Shown: positions 1-9,582, counted from the stretch's first letter. The stretch: 64,000 nt of DNA from an uncultured Flavobacteriales bacterium (GCA_965657965.1 CBFHQM010000010.1:1078-65077), one strand, 5' to 3'. Translations and numbers: made by a program. Notes: a model not told the origin generated them from the letters alone.

Positions 1-3000
1 CCCCCCGATTTCCAGTTGGTTCACATTGCCGTTGAGCACCAGTCGCCCGTTGAATCCAGTCACCATGGGGCCTGCAGAGGTCATGGTGATGATGGGGTTT
101 CCAATCACCTGAACCTGCACGCCGCCCATGTTGACGGGGGCTGCGTTGAGCTGGCCATAGCCATTCAAAGAGCTGAAGCCCACACCGTTCACTTCGAGGA
201 ACTCGAAACCGCCGAGGTCGAGGATGTCCAAGCAGACCGAATCGGTGGTGATGGAGTCCAGATCAAAGGTGACCGTGGCGTTGTTGGTGTGCATCACCTG
301 CCCAGTGCCAAAGGAGGCCCACGGTGACGTGGTGATGAGGTTCATGTTGTAGGTGGTGCCGTACAACGCGCTGTTCAGAGCGTTGATGTACATGTCGATT
401 CCGCTTTCATTGAACATCCAGTCTCCCACAGCCAATGGGAAGACCGGGCCTGAGGCTGGATTGCCCCAAGAGCTGCCCATGGTCTGGCTTTCAAAATCAA
501 TCAACGCGTCGCAAGAGCTGGGACAGGAACCCGCAAAATTGACAATGACTTCCGTGGTGTCGTTGTATCCGAATTCGCATGAACCGTCATCGTCGGTTGC
601 AGTTGGGTCGTAATTGTCGGCCGTGCCATTGGTGCATCCCGGTACTTCGTCGTCGTCGCAAGTGCCGTCTTGGTCGCTATCCGCAGTGCAGTTAACGCCA
701 TCGGCCGAGACGCAGACATTGTCCACATAGAACTGCTGTCCGCCCACTGCAAACGATTGTACGTTTCCGGTCAGGATGACCTCTCCGTGATCGTATCCGG
801 CTGCGGACACCCGGGCAATGAACACATCGACTCCACCAAGGGAGAAGGTGCTGCCAGCGAGGGCGCCAAACTCGTCGATCATGAAGCTGCCATTGACCAT
901 CAGGTTCTCGATTCCAGCACCATCGAAGTAGTCAAATGTGACGCGAGAGACGTTTACCAAGCCTGTCAAGTCGTAGTCGGCATTGACATTCGATAGGAGC
1001 AGGACTTGGTTGTCTCCGATGCCAGGAACCGCAAAGTCGACAAACGCGTTGCCCATCGAAGGCCCGCTGCCCAGCCCGTCGTCGTAGCCGGCGAAGCTCA
1101 GGTCGATGTGATCCTCGGTATAGGTCAGAGCGGTATTGACCGCGCCAAAGCTCATGTATTCATGCGTGAAGCTGAAGTCGCAAGAGTCGGAGCTGCAATC
1201 CACAATCAGTGGATGGCAGTAGGTATCGCTGCAGTTGGGCAACAGCGTACTCGTGACCGTTCTGCACAGCGTGTGCACGCCTTCTGAAAGTCCCATGGAA
1301 AAAGCATGAGGGTCTCCAGTTGGAGCATAAGGCAATCCATCCAAAGTCCACATTTCCACAGTCCCAATTTGAGGGGCCGACAGCACTGTGAATACGCCGC
1401 AAGGGGTCTCGAGCACTGCGAAGGTGGCATCCACATCGCAAGGCAATTCAATGCCGCCGCCGGGACAGCCGGGAACGGTGAATCCGGGGATTTCGACAAC
1501 AACAGTGGTCTCGATGTCCCAGAAGACCAAGGAGAAGGTCAGGTCTTCGGCAATCTCCACATTGGGTAGGGGGATGATGGAAGAAATCAGCCCGTAGTTG
1601 GTCGCCATGTTAATGAGGGGGCCTCCGGAGTCTCCATCGCCTGCGAAGCAGTAGCCTGTGCAAAAGCCGTTGGTGGCCGTGCCGTTGTCCCCCGCGACAC
1701 AGTAGCCCGTGCAATAGGTTTGGACCAAAACCACCTCTCCCGTTAGGGAATTGATGATGTGCAAGGACAGGGAGTCAATGGCAGGGAATCCAGGCTGCAA
1801 TTGCAAGGCCATCGCCGTTTGGCATTGATTTGTATCGGTATCGAAAGAGAGCGTCAAGCCATTCAAGAGGCCTTCTTCACCTTCTGATTCTACCACCTCA
1901 GCCAGTGATGGCGGTGGCGGCGGCGAAGAGATGCAGAGGTTATCGATCCAAAACTCTTGACCTCCAATCTCGAGCTTGTCCACGTTTCCGTGCAGCACGA
2001 GGCGGCCATTGAATCCCGTAACCTGAGGACCCGTAGACGTCGTGGTAATGATGGGGTTACCTAGGATTTGCACTTGAACACCGCCCATACTCATGGGGGC
2101 TGAAGTCAACTGGCCGTAGCCGTTCATTGAACTGAAAGACACCCCATTCACCTCCAGGAATTCAAAGCCGCCAAGGTCGAGGATGTCCAGGCAAACCGAA
2201 TCGGTCGGAATGGAGTCCAAGTCAAAGGTGACGGTCGCGTTGTTGGTGTGCATGACCTGCCCAGTGCCGAATGCAGCCCATGGCGAGGGGGTGATTGCAT
2301 TCAGGTTATACTGGACACCGTAGAGGGTGCTGTTGAGCTCTCCGATGTACATGTCGACTCCGCCTTCATTGAACATGAGGGCGCCGGGTGGCAAGGCGAA
2401 GGTGGGCGCAGAAGCAGAGTTGCCCCAAGACGTTCCCATGGGCTGGCTGCCAAAGTCCACGAGCCAATCGCAGTGGCTTGGACAGGACGCGGCAAAGTTG
2501 AAGTTGACTTGTGTCGTGTCATTGTCGTCTGCGTAATCGCATGTGCCATCATCGTCGGTGGCGTTTTCGTTGTAATTGTCGGCGGTTGAATCCGTGCATC
2601 CGCTGGTTTCATCGGCATCGCAAATGCCATCTCCGTCCGTATCGGCACATGCCGTGTCATCGGTGATCACACAAATGTTGTCGATGTAGAACTCTTGGCC
2701 GGCCACGCCGAGCTCTTGAACGCCGCCGCTCAAGATGACCTCGCCTGCGGTGAAACTGCCGAAGTCGATGGAGTTGACTTGAACATTTGCGCCTCCGAGG
2801 ACGATTCCTCCCATACCATCGAGCTCACCTTGGACAAGGCTGCCGTTGATCAGCAGGTTTTCCTGCCCGCCGTAGTCGAGGAACTCGAAGCGCACTTCAG
2901 TCACTGTACCCACCGCCAAAAGGTCGTAGACGGCCATGATGTTGTTCAGGTTCAGCACCTGATTGGTGCCGGCTTCGGGTTGGGCCAATTGGATGGAAGC

Positions 3001-3430
3001 CACGCCAAAGTTGTTGCTGCCGTCCGCGTAAGTGATTTCTCTGAACGACAAGTGGATGCCGTCTTCTGTAGCAACGACAGCGTTCGGACCCGGAATGGAC
3101 ACGGCACCGACACCGCTGAATGGGGCGTCCTCGTGGGTGAATTCCACATCGCAATCTGGGTTGGAATTGCTGCAGGAGATGTCTACACTTTCGCAGTATG
3201 TGTCGATGCATTCCGGATCGTTTGCATCAATGACCGTGACGCAAATCGTGTATACCCCAGGCGCAAATGCAGCGTTGTACACCACGCCGGTAGCGCCTTG
3301 TGGGACACCATTTACAGTCCACTCCAATGTGCCGGGACTTCCCGTGTAAACGAAAGTGCGGGTGCAATCTCCGTTGTCGATTTGCACAAAGTCTGCGATG
3401 GCGATACAGCCGGGAACGACGGGGCAGACG
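1..3430 (-). repeat. Intragenic tandem super-repeat, period ~1.95-1.97 kb (full copy ~1940..3430, window-truncated copy 1..~1450; a more diverged copy at ~4720..5850)
   Basis: The same motifs recur at fixed spacing: AGQEFYIDNICV (2703) vs GGQQFYVDNVCV (744), LEIGGQEFWIDNLCIS (1965) vs LEIGG (15), and CDVEFTHE (~3155) vs CDFSFTHE (~1185). DNA similarity is visible by eye, e.g. 253-309 vs 2212-2268 (ggagtcca..tcaaaggtgac.gt.gcgttgttggtgtgcat.acctgcccagtgcc), an offset of 1959 nt. Confidence 0.8.
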
Positions 3431-6400
3431 GGGACCACGATGTCGGGAATGGTCACAGTCAGAGTCGCATTGCTGCTCGTGCTCACGAGCACAAGGGACA
3501 CGTTGAGTGCGTCGATGCTCGTAGTGGTCAGGATAAAGGTGCCGTCGCCGTTGTCTGTGGCTTCCCCTTCCTCATCGCCATTGGCGTTGGTCAGAATCAC
3601 ATCGACAGAAGAGGTGAGGCTGGCCAGGTCACCCAGGTCAAAGAGGAATTCAGTGTAGCAAGGGACACCGGACAGGCTGTAGTCGATCATTTGGAGCAGC
3701 CCTTCATCGCCGAGGACCGCGGCCGCTGATGTCAATGTGGTGTTGGTCACCTCGATGATTTGATCGCAACTCAACGACGCGGTGTTGTCGCAGCAGTCCG
3801 TTGCGGTGGCCGTCCAAGTTCGAACAATGGTGTACCCACCGAGGAAGCAGTTCACATCCGAGCCCACATTGCCGTCGGCATCGCTGATGGCATCCACGTA
3901 TCCCAGCGCATTGTACAGGTCGTCGCACACATTGTCTGTCGCGTTGGCAGTGGCCCACCCCGTAAGGTCGGGGGCGGCTGTGCAGGCCCCTTCTAAACTG
4001 ACCAAGGCAGCCTCAAAGGAAATCGTGGCATCGGCCGGGCAATCCAATGTGATGACGGGGGGCGTTGTGTCGGCAACGTTGAAAATGATGTATTCGTCAT
4101 CTGAACCACAGCAGTTGTAGGCTTGGAAAAGCACTTGGAAACTGCCTGCGCATGATCCGCTGATGGGAGAGACGACCACATTGAATGTGGTAGCCGCAGC
4201 GCTTCCTGGAGCAGGAGGCGCGGTGCAGAAAGAGTTCCAGCTGATGTGCTCGGCGTCCTCAAATGCCCCAAATCCATCCGCTTCAGGCGTCCAGGTATTC
4301 AAGTTGTTCCATGCGGCGATGTCCACCACCACATAGTTGGAGGGCACCTCGACGTGGAGTGCCCCCACGCAATAACAAGGGGTGAGGGTCACCTCCTCAA
4401 ATTGCAGTGTCAAAGCATCATCGCCGTCCTGCAGTTCGATGGCGAGTACCAAAGTCTCGCCATTTTCTGTGGGTTCCGGACCATCGATCAGGGTGATTCC
4501 ACTGTTGTCCGCAGGGAAGTTGGCATAGACCGTTCCGGTTTGTGTGCCCACATATTGAATCACGGCCCCGGCAAATGTTGGGTAGCCCGCTGTGGGGTTA
4601 ATGGAGACCACGAATTGGCAGGCTGCGGTGTCTTGAACGACCGCAAGGCCCAAACCTTCTTCGAGGGCTTCTTCCCCCATGTCTTCCGCGGCATTGGCCA
4701 AGGTGGTAACGCTGCTAATGCAGAGGTCGTCTAGCCAGAGTTCTTGGCCGCCAATGGAAAATTTGTCGACGTCTCCAATCAGGGTGATGGTGCCTTCATA
4801 GGCATATCCCCCCACCATCGCGCCGGCGACCTGTACTTGCACGCCACCCACGTTGATGCCGTTAAAGATGGTCAGTCCACCATAGCCGTTGGGTCCGGTT
4901 AAAGGAGGGGCGCCATTGATCCAGAGGTTCTCGAAACCGCCCTCATCGCGGAAAGCGATGCAGACCGTGTCGGTCATGGGCACAACCGACTCGATGTCGA
5001 ATTGGGCAGTGATGTTGTTGGTCCAAAGGGACATCCCAGAACCCCAGCCGCCGTAGTGTGCATCCACGGCCATGTAGTTGTAGTAAGCGGCAGAAAAGTC
5101 GTGAAGGGGCTCCAAATGAATGGGGACGCCATCGCTGGTCACGGCAAGGCCACCGACCGCCACGGAGATGTTGGCGCCTTCGGCCAAGTCGCCATAGCGG
5201 TCACCCGCTGTGAGCAAGTCGAATCCAGTAAAGACATCACACGTGGCGGTGCATGCACCCGTTGGGAGGATGGGGATCACCGTCCCGTCATGCTTCACAC
5301 AGATGTGGTCCACGTAGAATTGCTGACCACCAATCTCGAGCTTCTGTACGTTTCCAGTGAGCACGACGGTTCCAGTTTGGTATCCTGGGTAAGCCGATGT
5401 CGTCACCGTCATGGACACGCCGGGTGCCACGGTTGAGGGCATGGTTTCGAGCTCTCCCGTGAGCAAGGTGTGGCCGTTGACCTTCAAGTTTTCGTCGCCT
5501 GCCCCGTCGAAGAAGACAAAGCTGACTTCGTTCACATTGGGAAAGGCGGACATGTCGTAGACCGCATTGATGTTGCTGGTGGTCAGGACTTGGCCTGATC
5601 CTGCGGTGGGCAGCGCCGGGCCAATCGAGGCCGAACCGTAAGTGGCACCGAATCCATCAAAGAACATGTCGAATCCGAGTTGGATGTTGTCCTCGGACAA
5701 GACGTAAGTGCCGGGGGTGCTGGAAGGAAGTGGGCCAGACAACAGGAGGTCGTGGGTGAACACGGCGTTGCATGTTGTGTCGACGGCCGCGGTGGGTGTA
5801 GGCACGATGACAATGCCTGGAATGAAGATGTCCACTGTGATGATGCCAGGCAAGACCGTTCCAGAGGGGAAATTCACCAAGGTTGCGCCATTCAGGCTGA
5901 GCTGAATGCTGGAGTTGTCTATGACACCATAACAATCGAGCTCCCAAGAGAAAGTGTAGTGCCCAGGAGCCAAGTTCACGCTGCCCGTGCTCGATAAGGG
6001 GCCGCTTGATCCTTCAGGGCCTTCGGGCATGATGCCGGTGGCAACGACATTTCCGCTGGCGTCGGTCATGCTCCATGGACCGGAACTGTCTCCGTATCCA
6101 TCGTAGTAATCAATCACAAGCTCTTCTGTGGAGGCGCCAGGTGCATTGGGTGAGAGAACCTCGTCGGTCAAGAGGGCGTTGCCCACGAATTCAAAGGGCG
6201 TCCATTCACTCATGGGGAAGTCGTCTTCCTCCTCAAAAAGCGAAGCCGTATTGAAAATCTCAAGGGTCGCTTGGGTGAGATAATTGAAGTGGTTGGGGCA
6301 AGCCTGACCAGTTGTCGAAATGGGGATGTAGGTGTCGTCCTCAAGTGTGAATCCGGCAGATCCCAGCAAGCCGTTGTCGTAGAATTCGCCCAGAGATCCG

Positions 6401-9400
6401 TCACCGATTTGCACACTGCAGTCGTTCTCAGGAGAGAGGAAACTGGTTCCTCCCGGTCCAGCGGATCCACTGAGGTTCCATGTATTCCACCCCACACCAG
6501 CCAACACAGGGTCGAGTGCGATGAGGTTGGCAAAGTCCAGTGTTGAGCCAATCGGGTCGGATTCGCTAGAGTAGGTGTCGCCCGGGATGTAAGTGTCGCC
6601 GAGGATGTAGGTGTCGCCCGGGATATAAGCAGCCGAAACTTGAACTTGTGGAAGCCCGGCAACCAAGATGGCGTTGGGGCCGGCGTTTATGGCCTCTTGG
6701 GCACATTCACTGGGGTTGTCGGCACTGCAGTATTGCACAGGGTGGACCAGCTGGGTTTCGAGCAAATTGTTGCAGGCGACTTGATAGCTGCCCTGTACGC
6801 TGCCCAGAGGAAAGGAGCTTGCAGATTCTGAGAAGTCTTCTCCATTAAGGAAGCCCGAGATGAAGGCGGTGGCATCGTCTCCTCCGGGGTACTGGGAGCC
6901 AAAGACCATGACTTGGGTCATGGAGGTGATGAAGTCTGGAAGTGCGTCGGCTTGGAGCGAACATGCAGAAGCGTCCACGGCAAGGCGCGGCAGTATGGCT
7001 TCGGCCAATTCGAAGGGGAGGGTTTCGATGGACAGGCAGGTTTCGCTGTCGCAAACTTCATAGCAAGGATCTCCGCCGAGGGCCAATTCGCCCTCTTCAT
7101 AGATTTTCAAGCAGGCATTTCGGAACAAGGTGAATCCCGAAAAACACTTGATGATGGACACGGGACTGTCCAGGTTGAGTGGCATGGTGGTGCCGTCGCT
7201 AAAGCACACCTCAGCGTCGTATTCAGATTCATTGAGATTGAACAGGGCCATGTCAAAAGTGATGGCTGCGCGGGTGCCGGTCATGCCACCCCAGCATCCC
7301 TGACCACAGTAAAGCCACATGTCGAGACCAATGGGGGATTCCAGCAAGAATTCAAAGGGAAGACAAGCGGTGTTTGTGGCGCCATCGGGGCAGGTGACGG
7401 TCGCGCAGAGCTCGCCAGAATAGGTCCCATTCGCATAGGCGTCTGAGGTGTTCTCCACAGCGTCGTTGAATGTGTAAGACCACTGACCGTTGGCGGAGGG
7501 AACGGCGTCACCATTCAGTGTCCAGACAATGCTGGCGTCTGCAACAGGTGTAACCGCTCCAAAAAGGGTGTATTCAATGCTGCAAATGTCCGTTGTCAAT
7601 TGAGTCAGAGCGGCCGTAAGGTCGTTGTCTGGTGTACAATCGTCGTCGGGGCAGTCGGGTGTGAGCGTGATGATCTGAGCGTACTCTACACCTTGGCAAA
7701 TCAAGGCCACTTTAATCTGAGTGGCCACTCCGCTCGGGTAGAGATCGTCGTAACTCGGATTGCCGGAGCCGTCCGACCCGTCGGCTGTCCCGGACTGTTC
7801 CAACACGCCGTCAAGTCCCCGGTCGAAGTAGAGTTCGAGCTGGGACATGGGCGTGGATCCCAAGTTGGAAGCTGTTAAGATGTAGTGGTTACAAGTATCT
7901 GTGGAAATGGTCACGTCCAACGAGACATCGCAGATGAAGTATTCATCGCAAGGCGTGGGGGTGGTGCTTGGATCCAGAAGAGAAACATCTTTGAGTACAG
8001 CCACCAAATTGACATCTTCATTGAAAGGCGAGAAGGGGTCAATGATTGGAAATTCGATGGTCATCGGGTGGGCAAAGTCTTCACAACCTGTGAGGCTGCC
8101 AAAGGCATCTGCTCCTGTGGCGTCTACGTGAAGAATGGAGGGGTCGAAGACAACGGGAGAGTCGTGGGTCCTGCGGTGACCCAGAAGCCCGTAACCGGGC
8201 GCAGATTCTCTCACATCCATCATTTCCGGGTGGAAAATGATGGGCTGCTGTCCCATTTGGCTGTTGCCCGAGTGGATGCCTGGGTCATCGCCATAATTGG
8301 TGCTTGGGCTCCCTGCATAAATGTTGTGTCCCACCAAGTAGTCGCCTGTTGTGGTGCCCTCTACATCGAGGGTCATTAAAAAGGGCACTCGGTCTTTGGG
8401 ACCTGTAGACGGGTCGCTATCGAGGTATTCAGGATCGTTGACGTAGCCAGCGATGGTGACTTCAGAGGGGTTTCCTGAATTGATGGCCCGGTACATCGCG
8501 TACCCCTTTATGGAGGTCTCTGCGAAGGGAAAGGTGTACGCCCCATCGAGGTGGAGTCCCTTGGCTTCAATTGCGGTGCCACTTAAATTGTATCTGAGGG
8601 TGGTCAATCCGCGGTTTCTCACCCAATTGACCGTTTGAATCAGTTCCTGTTGGTTCGGGTTGTTTCCGCCGGCCAGGTTGATGGAGGTCGCGCACGACGC
8701 GACAGCGTGACGCTGATTCAAGGGCACAAAAGGCTGGTTGTCTCCCTCTCCGGGGTACCAGTAGGGCACCACTTTGGACCAAATTTCCGAACCGTCATAG
8801 GCCACAAGAGAAGCCAATGGGGCCTGGTGAAACCCAGCGCTCGCCGCATTTTCATAGTAGGCGTTGCCCGAACCAGACATGAAATAACCGGTACCGGCCA
8901 CTTCCATCACATGAGACCCCATATCGTAATCTGGGCCGTCCTGCGGTCCGCTGGTGTTCAAAGCATGAATCCAGTTCGGGACAACAGAAGATTGAGTGGC
9001 ATCGGGAAGGGGGATTCCCATTAAAACAGACACCCTTGATTCTGCAAGTTGGGTTCCTGTCGTTCCCCCCAACCAACCGGTCAGGATGAGTTGGCCTTGG
9101 GCAAAAATCCCGTGTGTTAGCACCATGCCTTTTGCGGCGGCGGCGTTGTTTTCTTCAATCTCCACCAAAGCCAGAGAGGCACCCGTGGTGAGGTCAAAGG
9201 TCATGACCAATGAATGCACAGGTGTGCCGATGGTGTCCAGACCACCTACGCCAATCAGGACGCCGACTTCGTCGTTCACGGTCAATACATGACTGGCTCT
9301 CCAGCCGTTTCCAGTGAAGTAGTCTTTCTCCCATTGGAGAGACCCGTTGGTCTTCACGCGTGAGATTCGCACGTGGTTTTCCGGGCTGCCGTTGGTGGTG

Positions 9401-9582
9401 GTAGAGGCGATCAAGCTGTGCTGAGAGCCGTCAGAAATTTCGCACGTGGAAGAGTAGACCGCGTTGGACGGCTCTACCATCACGTGGTGGAGTTGGGAAA
9501 ATCCTTGAATGCCGAGCGTGATGAAGGACAAAAGGAGGACAAAAGGAGCGACCTTGACCAGTGTTAAGTATCGGAAAACCAT
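1..9582 (-). CDS. Giant secreted multidomain cell-surface (adhesin-like) protein, N-terminal 3,194 codons; the C-terminus lies beyond the left window edge
   Basis: Hand translation of the minus strand starts at ATG 9582-9580 with signal peptide MVFRYLTLVKVAPFVLLLSFITLGIQGFSQ and meets no stop down to nt 1. Frame check: the conserved GGQ codons at 5331, 4752, 2703, 1965 and 744 and the CTG at 15 all sit at 9582-3k. It is absent from the ORF track because it has no stop inside the window. It contains PKD/Ig-like units, an HYR-like unit (TPPVITLDCPADATISF), Asp-rich TSP3-like linkers and six copies of an unrecognised module. Confidence 0.85.
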   Translation of the reverse strand, partial: MVFRYLTLVKVAPFVLLLSFITLGIQGFSQLHHVMVEPSNAVYSSTCEISDGSQHSLIASTTTNGSPENHVRISRVKTNGSLQWEKDYFTGNGWRASHVLTVNDEVGVLIGVGGLDTIGTPVHSLVMTFDLTTGASLALVEIEENNAAAAKGMVLTHGIFAQGQLILTGWLGGTTGTQLAESRVSVLMGIPLPDATQSSVVPNWIHALNTSGPQDGPDYDMGSHVMEVAGTGYFMSGSGNAYYENAASAGFHQAPLASLVAYDGSEIWSKVVPYWYPGEGDNQPFVPLNQRHAVASCATSINLAGGNNPNQQELIQTVNWVRNRGLTTLRYNLSGTAIEAKGLHLDGAYTFPFAETSIKGYAMYRAINSGNPSEVTIAGYVNDPEYLDSDPSTGPKDRVPFLMTLDVEGTTTGDYLVGHNIYAGSPSTNYGDDPGIHSGNSQMGQQPIIFHPEMMDVRESAPGYGLLGHRRTHDSPVVFDPSILHVDATGADAFGSLTGCEDFAHPMTIEFPIIDPFSPFNEDVNLVAVLKDVSLLDPSTTPTPCDEYFICDVSLDVTISTDTCNHYILTASNLGSTPMSQLELYFDRGLDGVLEQSGTADGSDGSGNPSYDDLYPSGVATQIKVALICQGVEYAQIITLTPDCPDDDCTPDNDLTAALTQLTTDICSIEYTLFGAVTPVADASIVWTLNGDAVPSANGQWSYTFNDAVENTSDAYANGTYSGELCATVTCPDGATNTACLPFEFLLESPIGLDMWLYCGQGCWGGMTGTRAAITFDMALFNLNESEYDAEVCFSDGTTMPLNLDSPVSIIKCFSGFTLFRNACLKIYEEGELALGGDPCYEVCDSETCLSIETLPFELAEAILPRLAVDASACSLQADALPDFITSMTQVMVFGSQYPGGDDATAFISGFLNGEDFSESASSFPLGSVQGSYQVACNNLLETQLVHPVQYCSADNPSECAQEAINAGPNAILVAGLPQVQVSAAYIPGDTYILGDTYIPGDTYSSESDPIGSTLDFANLIALDPVLAGVGWNTWNLSGSAGPGGTSFLSPENDCSVQIGDGSLGEFYDNGLLGSAGFTLEDDTYIPISTTGQACPNHFNYLTQATLEIFNTASLFEEEDDFPMSEWTPFEFVGNALLTDEVLSPNAPGASTEELVIDYYDGYGDSSGPWSMTDASGNVVATGIMPEGPEGSSGPLSSTGSVNLAPGHYTFSWELDCYGVIDNSSIQLSLNGATLVNFPSGTVLPGIITVDIFIPGIVIVPTPTAAVDTTCNAVFTHDLLLSGPLPSSTPGTYVLSEDNIQLGFDMFFDGFGATYGSASIGPALPTAGSGQVLTTSNINAVYDMSAFPNVNEVSFVFFDGAGDENLKVNGHTLLTGELETMPSTVAPGVSMTVTTSAYPGYQTGTVVLTGNVQKLEIGGQQFYVDHICVKHDGTVIPILPTGACTATCDVFTGFDLLTAGDRYGDLAEGANISVAVGGLAVTSDGVPIHLEPLHDFSAAYYNYMAVDAHYGGWGSGMSLWTNNITAQFDIESVVPMTDTVCIAFRDEGGFENLWINGAPPLTGPNGYGGLTIFNGINVGGVQVQVAGAMVGGYAYEGTITLIGDVDKFSIGGQELWLDDLCISSVTTLANAAEDMGEEALEEGLGLAVVQDTAACQFVVSINPTAGYPTFAGAVIQYVGTQTGTVYANFPADNSGITLIDGPEPTENGETLVLAIELQDGDDALTLQFEEVTLTPCYCVGALHVEVPSNYVVVDIAAWNNLNTWTPEADGFGAFEDAEHISWNSFCTAPPAPGSAAATTFNVVVSPISGSCAGSFQVLFQAYNCCGSDDEYIIFNVADTTPPVITLDCPADATISFEAALVSLEGACTAAPDLTGWATANATDNVCDDLYNALGYVDAISDADGNVGSDVNCFLGGYTIVRTWTATATDCCDNTASLSCDQIIEVTNTTLTSAAAVLGDEGLLQMIDYSLSGVPCYTEFLFDLGDLASLTSSVDVILTNANGDEEGEATDNGDGTFILTTTSIDALNVSLVLVSTSSNATLTVTIPDIVVPVCPVVPGCIAIADFVQIDNGDCTRTFVYTGSPGTLEWTVNGVPQGATGVVYNAAFAPGVYTICVTVIDANDPECIDTYCESVDISCSNSNPDCDVEFTHEDAPFSGVGAVSIPGPNAVVATEDGIHLSFREITYADGSNNFGVASIQLAQPEAGTNQVLNLNNIMAVYDLLAVGTVTEVRFEFLDYGGQENLLINGSLVQGELDGMGGIVLGGANVQVNSIDFGSFTAGEVILSGGVQELGVAGQEFYIDNICVITDDTACADTDGDGICDADETSGCTDSTADNYNENATDDDGTCDYADDNDTTQVNFNFAASCPSHCDWLVDFGSQPMGTSWGNSASAPTFALPPGALMFNEGGVDMYIGELNSTLYGVQYNLNAITPSPWAAFGTGQVMHTNNATVTFDLDSIPTDSVCLDILDLGGFEFLEVNGVSFSSMNGYGQLTSAPMSMGGVQVQILGNPIITTTSTGPQVTGFNGRLVLHGNVDKLEIGGQEFWIDNLCISSPPPPPSLAEVVESEGEEGLLNGLTLSFDTDTNQCQTAMALQLQPGFPAIDSLSLHIINSLTGEVVLVQTYCTGYCVAGDNGTATNGFCTGYCFAGDGDSGGPLINMATNYGLISSIIPLPNVEIAEDLTFSLVFWDIETTVVVEIPGFTVPGCPGGGIELPCDVDATFAVLETPCGVFTVLSAPQIGTVEMWTLDGLPYAPTGDPHAFSMGLSEGVHTLCRTVTSTLLPNCSDTYCHPLIVDCSSDSCDFSFTHEYMSFGAVNTALTYTEDHIDLSFAGYDDGLGSGPSMGNAFVDFAVPGIGDNQVLLLSNVNADYDLTGLVNVSRVTFDYFDGAGIENLMVNGSFMIDEFGALAGSTFSLGGVDVFIARVSAAGYDHGEVILTGNVQSFAVGGQQFYVDNVCVSADGVNCTADSDQDGTCDDDEVPGCTNGTADNYDPTATDDDGSCEFGYNDTTEVIVNFAGSCPSSCDALIDFESQTMGSSWGNPASGPVFPLAVGDWMFNESGIDMYINALNSALYGTTYNMNLITTSPWASFGTGQVMHTNNATVTFDLDSITTDSVCLDILDLGGFEFLEVNGVGFSSLNGYGQLNAAPVNMGGVQVQVIGNPIITMTSAGPMVTGFNGRLVLNGNVNQLEIGG
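6571..6624 (-). repeat. 3 x 18-nt in-frame tandem repeat inside the giant gene (encodes IPGDTY-ILGDTY-IPGDTY)
   Basis: Units are gtaggtgtcgcccgggat (6571-6588), gtaagtgtcgccgaggat (6589-6606) and gtaggtgtcgcccgggat (6607-6624). Units 1 and 3 are identical. Confidence 0.85.

Noticed and set aside
1615-1650. A GDGDSGGPLIN motif (serine-protease-like GDSGGP) inside the giant protein.
   Set aside because: I found no upstream His (TAAHC-like) or Asp catalytic context and no trypsin-fold-length segment around it. It is most likely a chance or relic motif in a Cys/Gly-rich linker, not a protease domain.
2695-3729. A 344-aa plus-strand ORF, the longest track ORF in the first 9.6 kb, and its many neighbours in 16..9567.
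   Set aside because: All are antisense or off-frame shadows of the giant minus-strand ORF. Their translations are Gly/Val/His/Arg/Asp-rich with no recognisable motifs, whereas the minus-strand frame carries a signal peptide and repeated conserved modules in one continuous frame.
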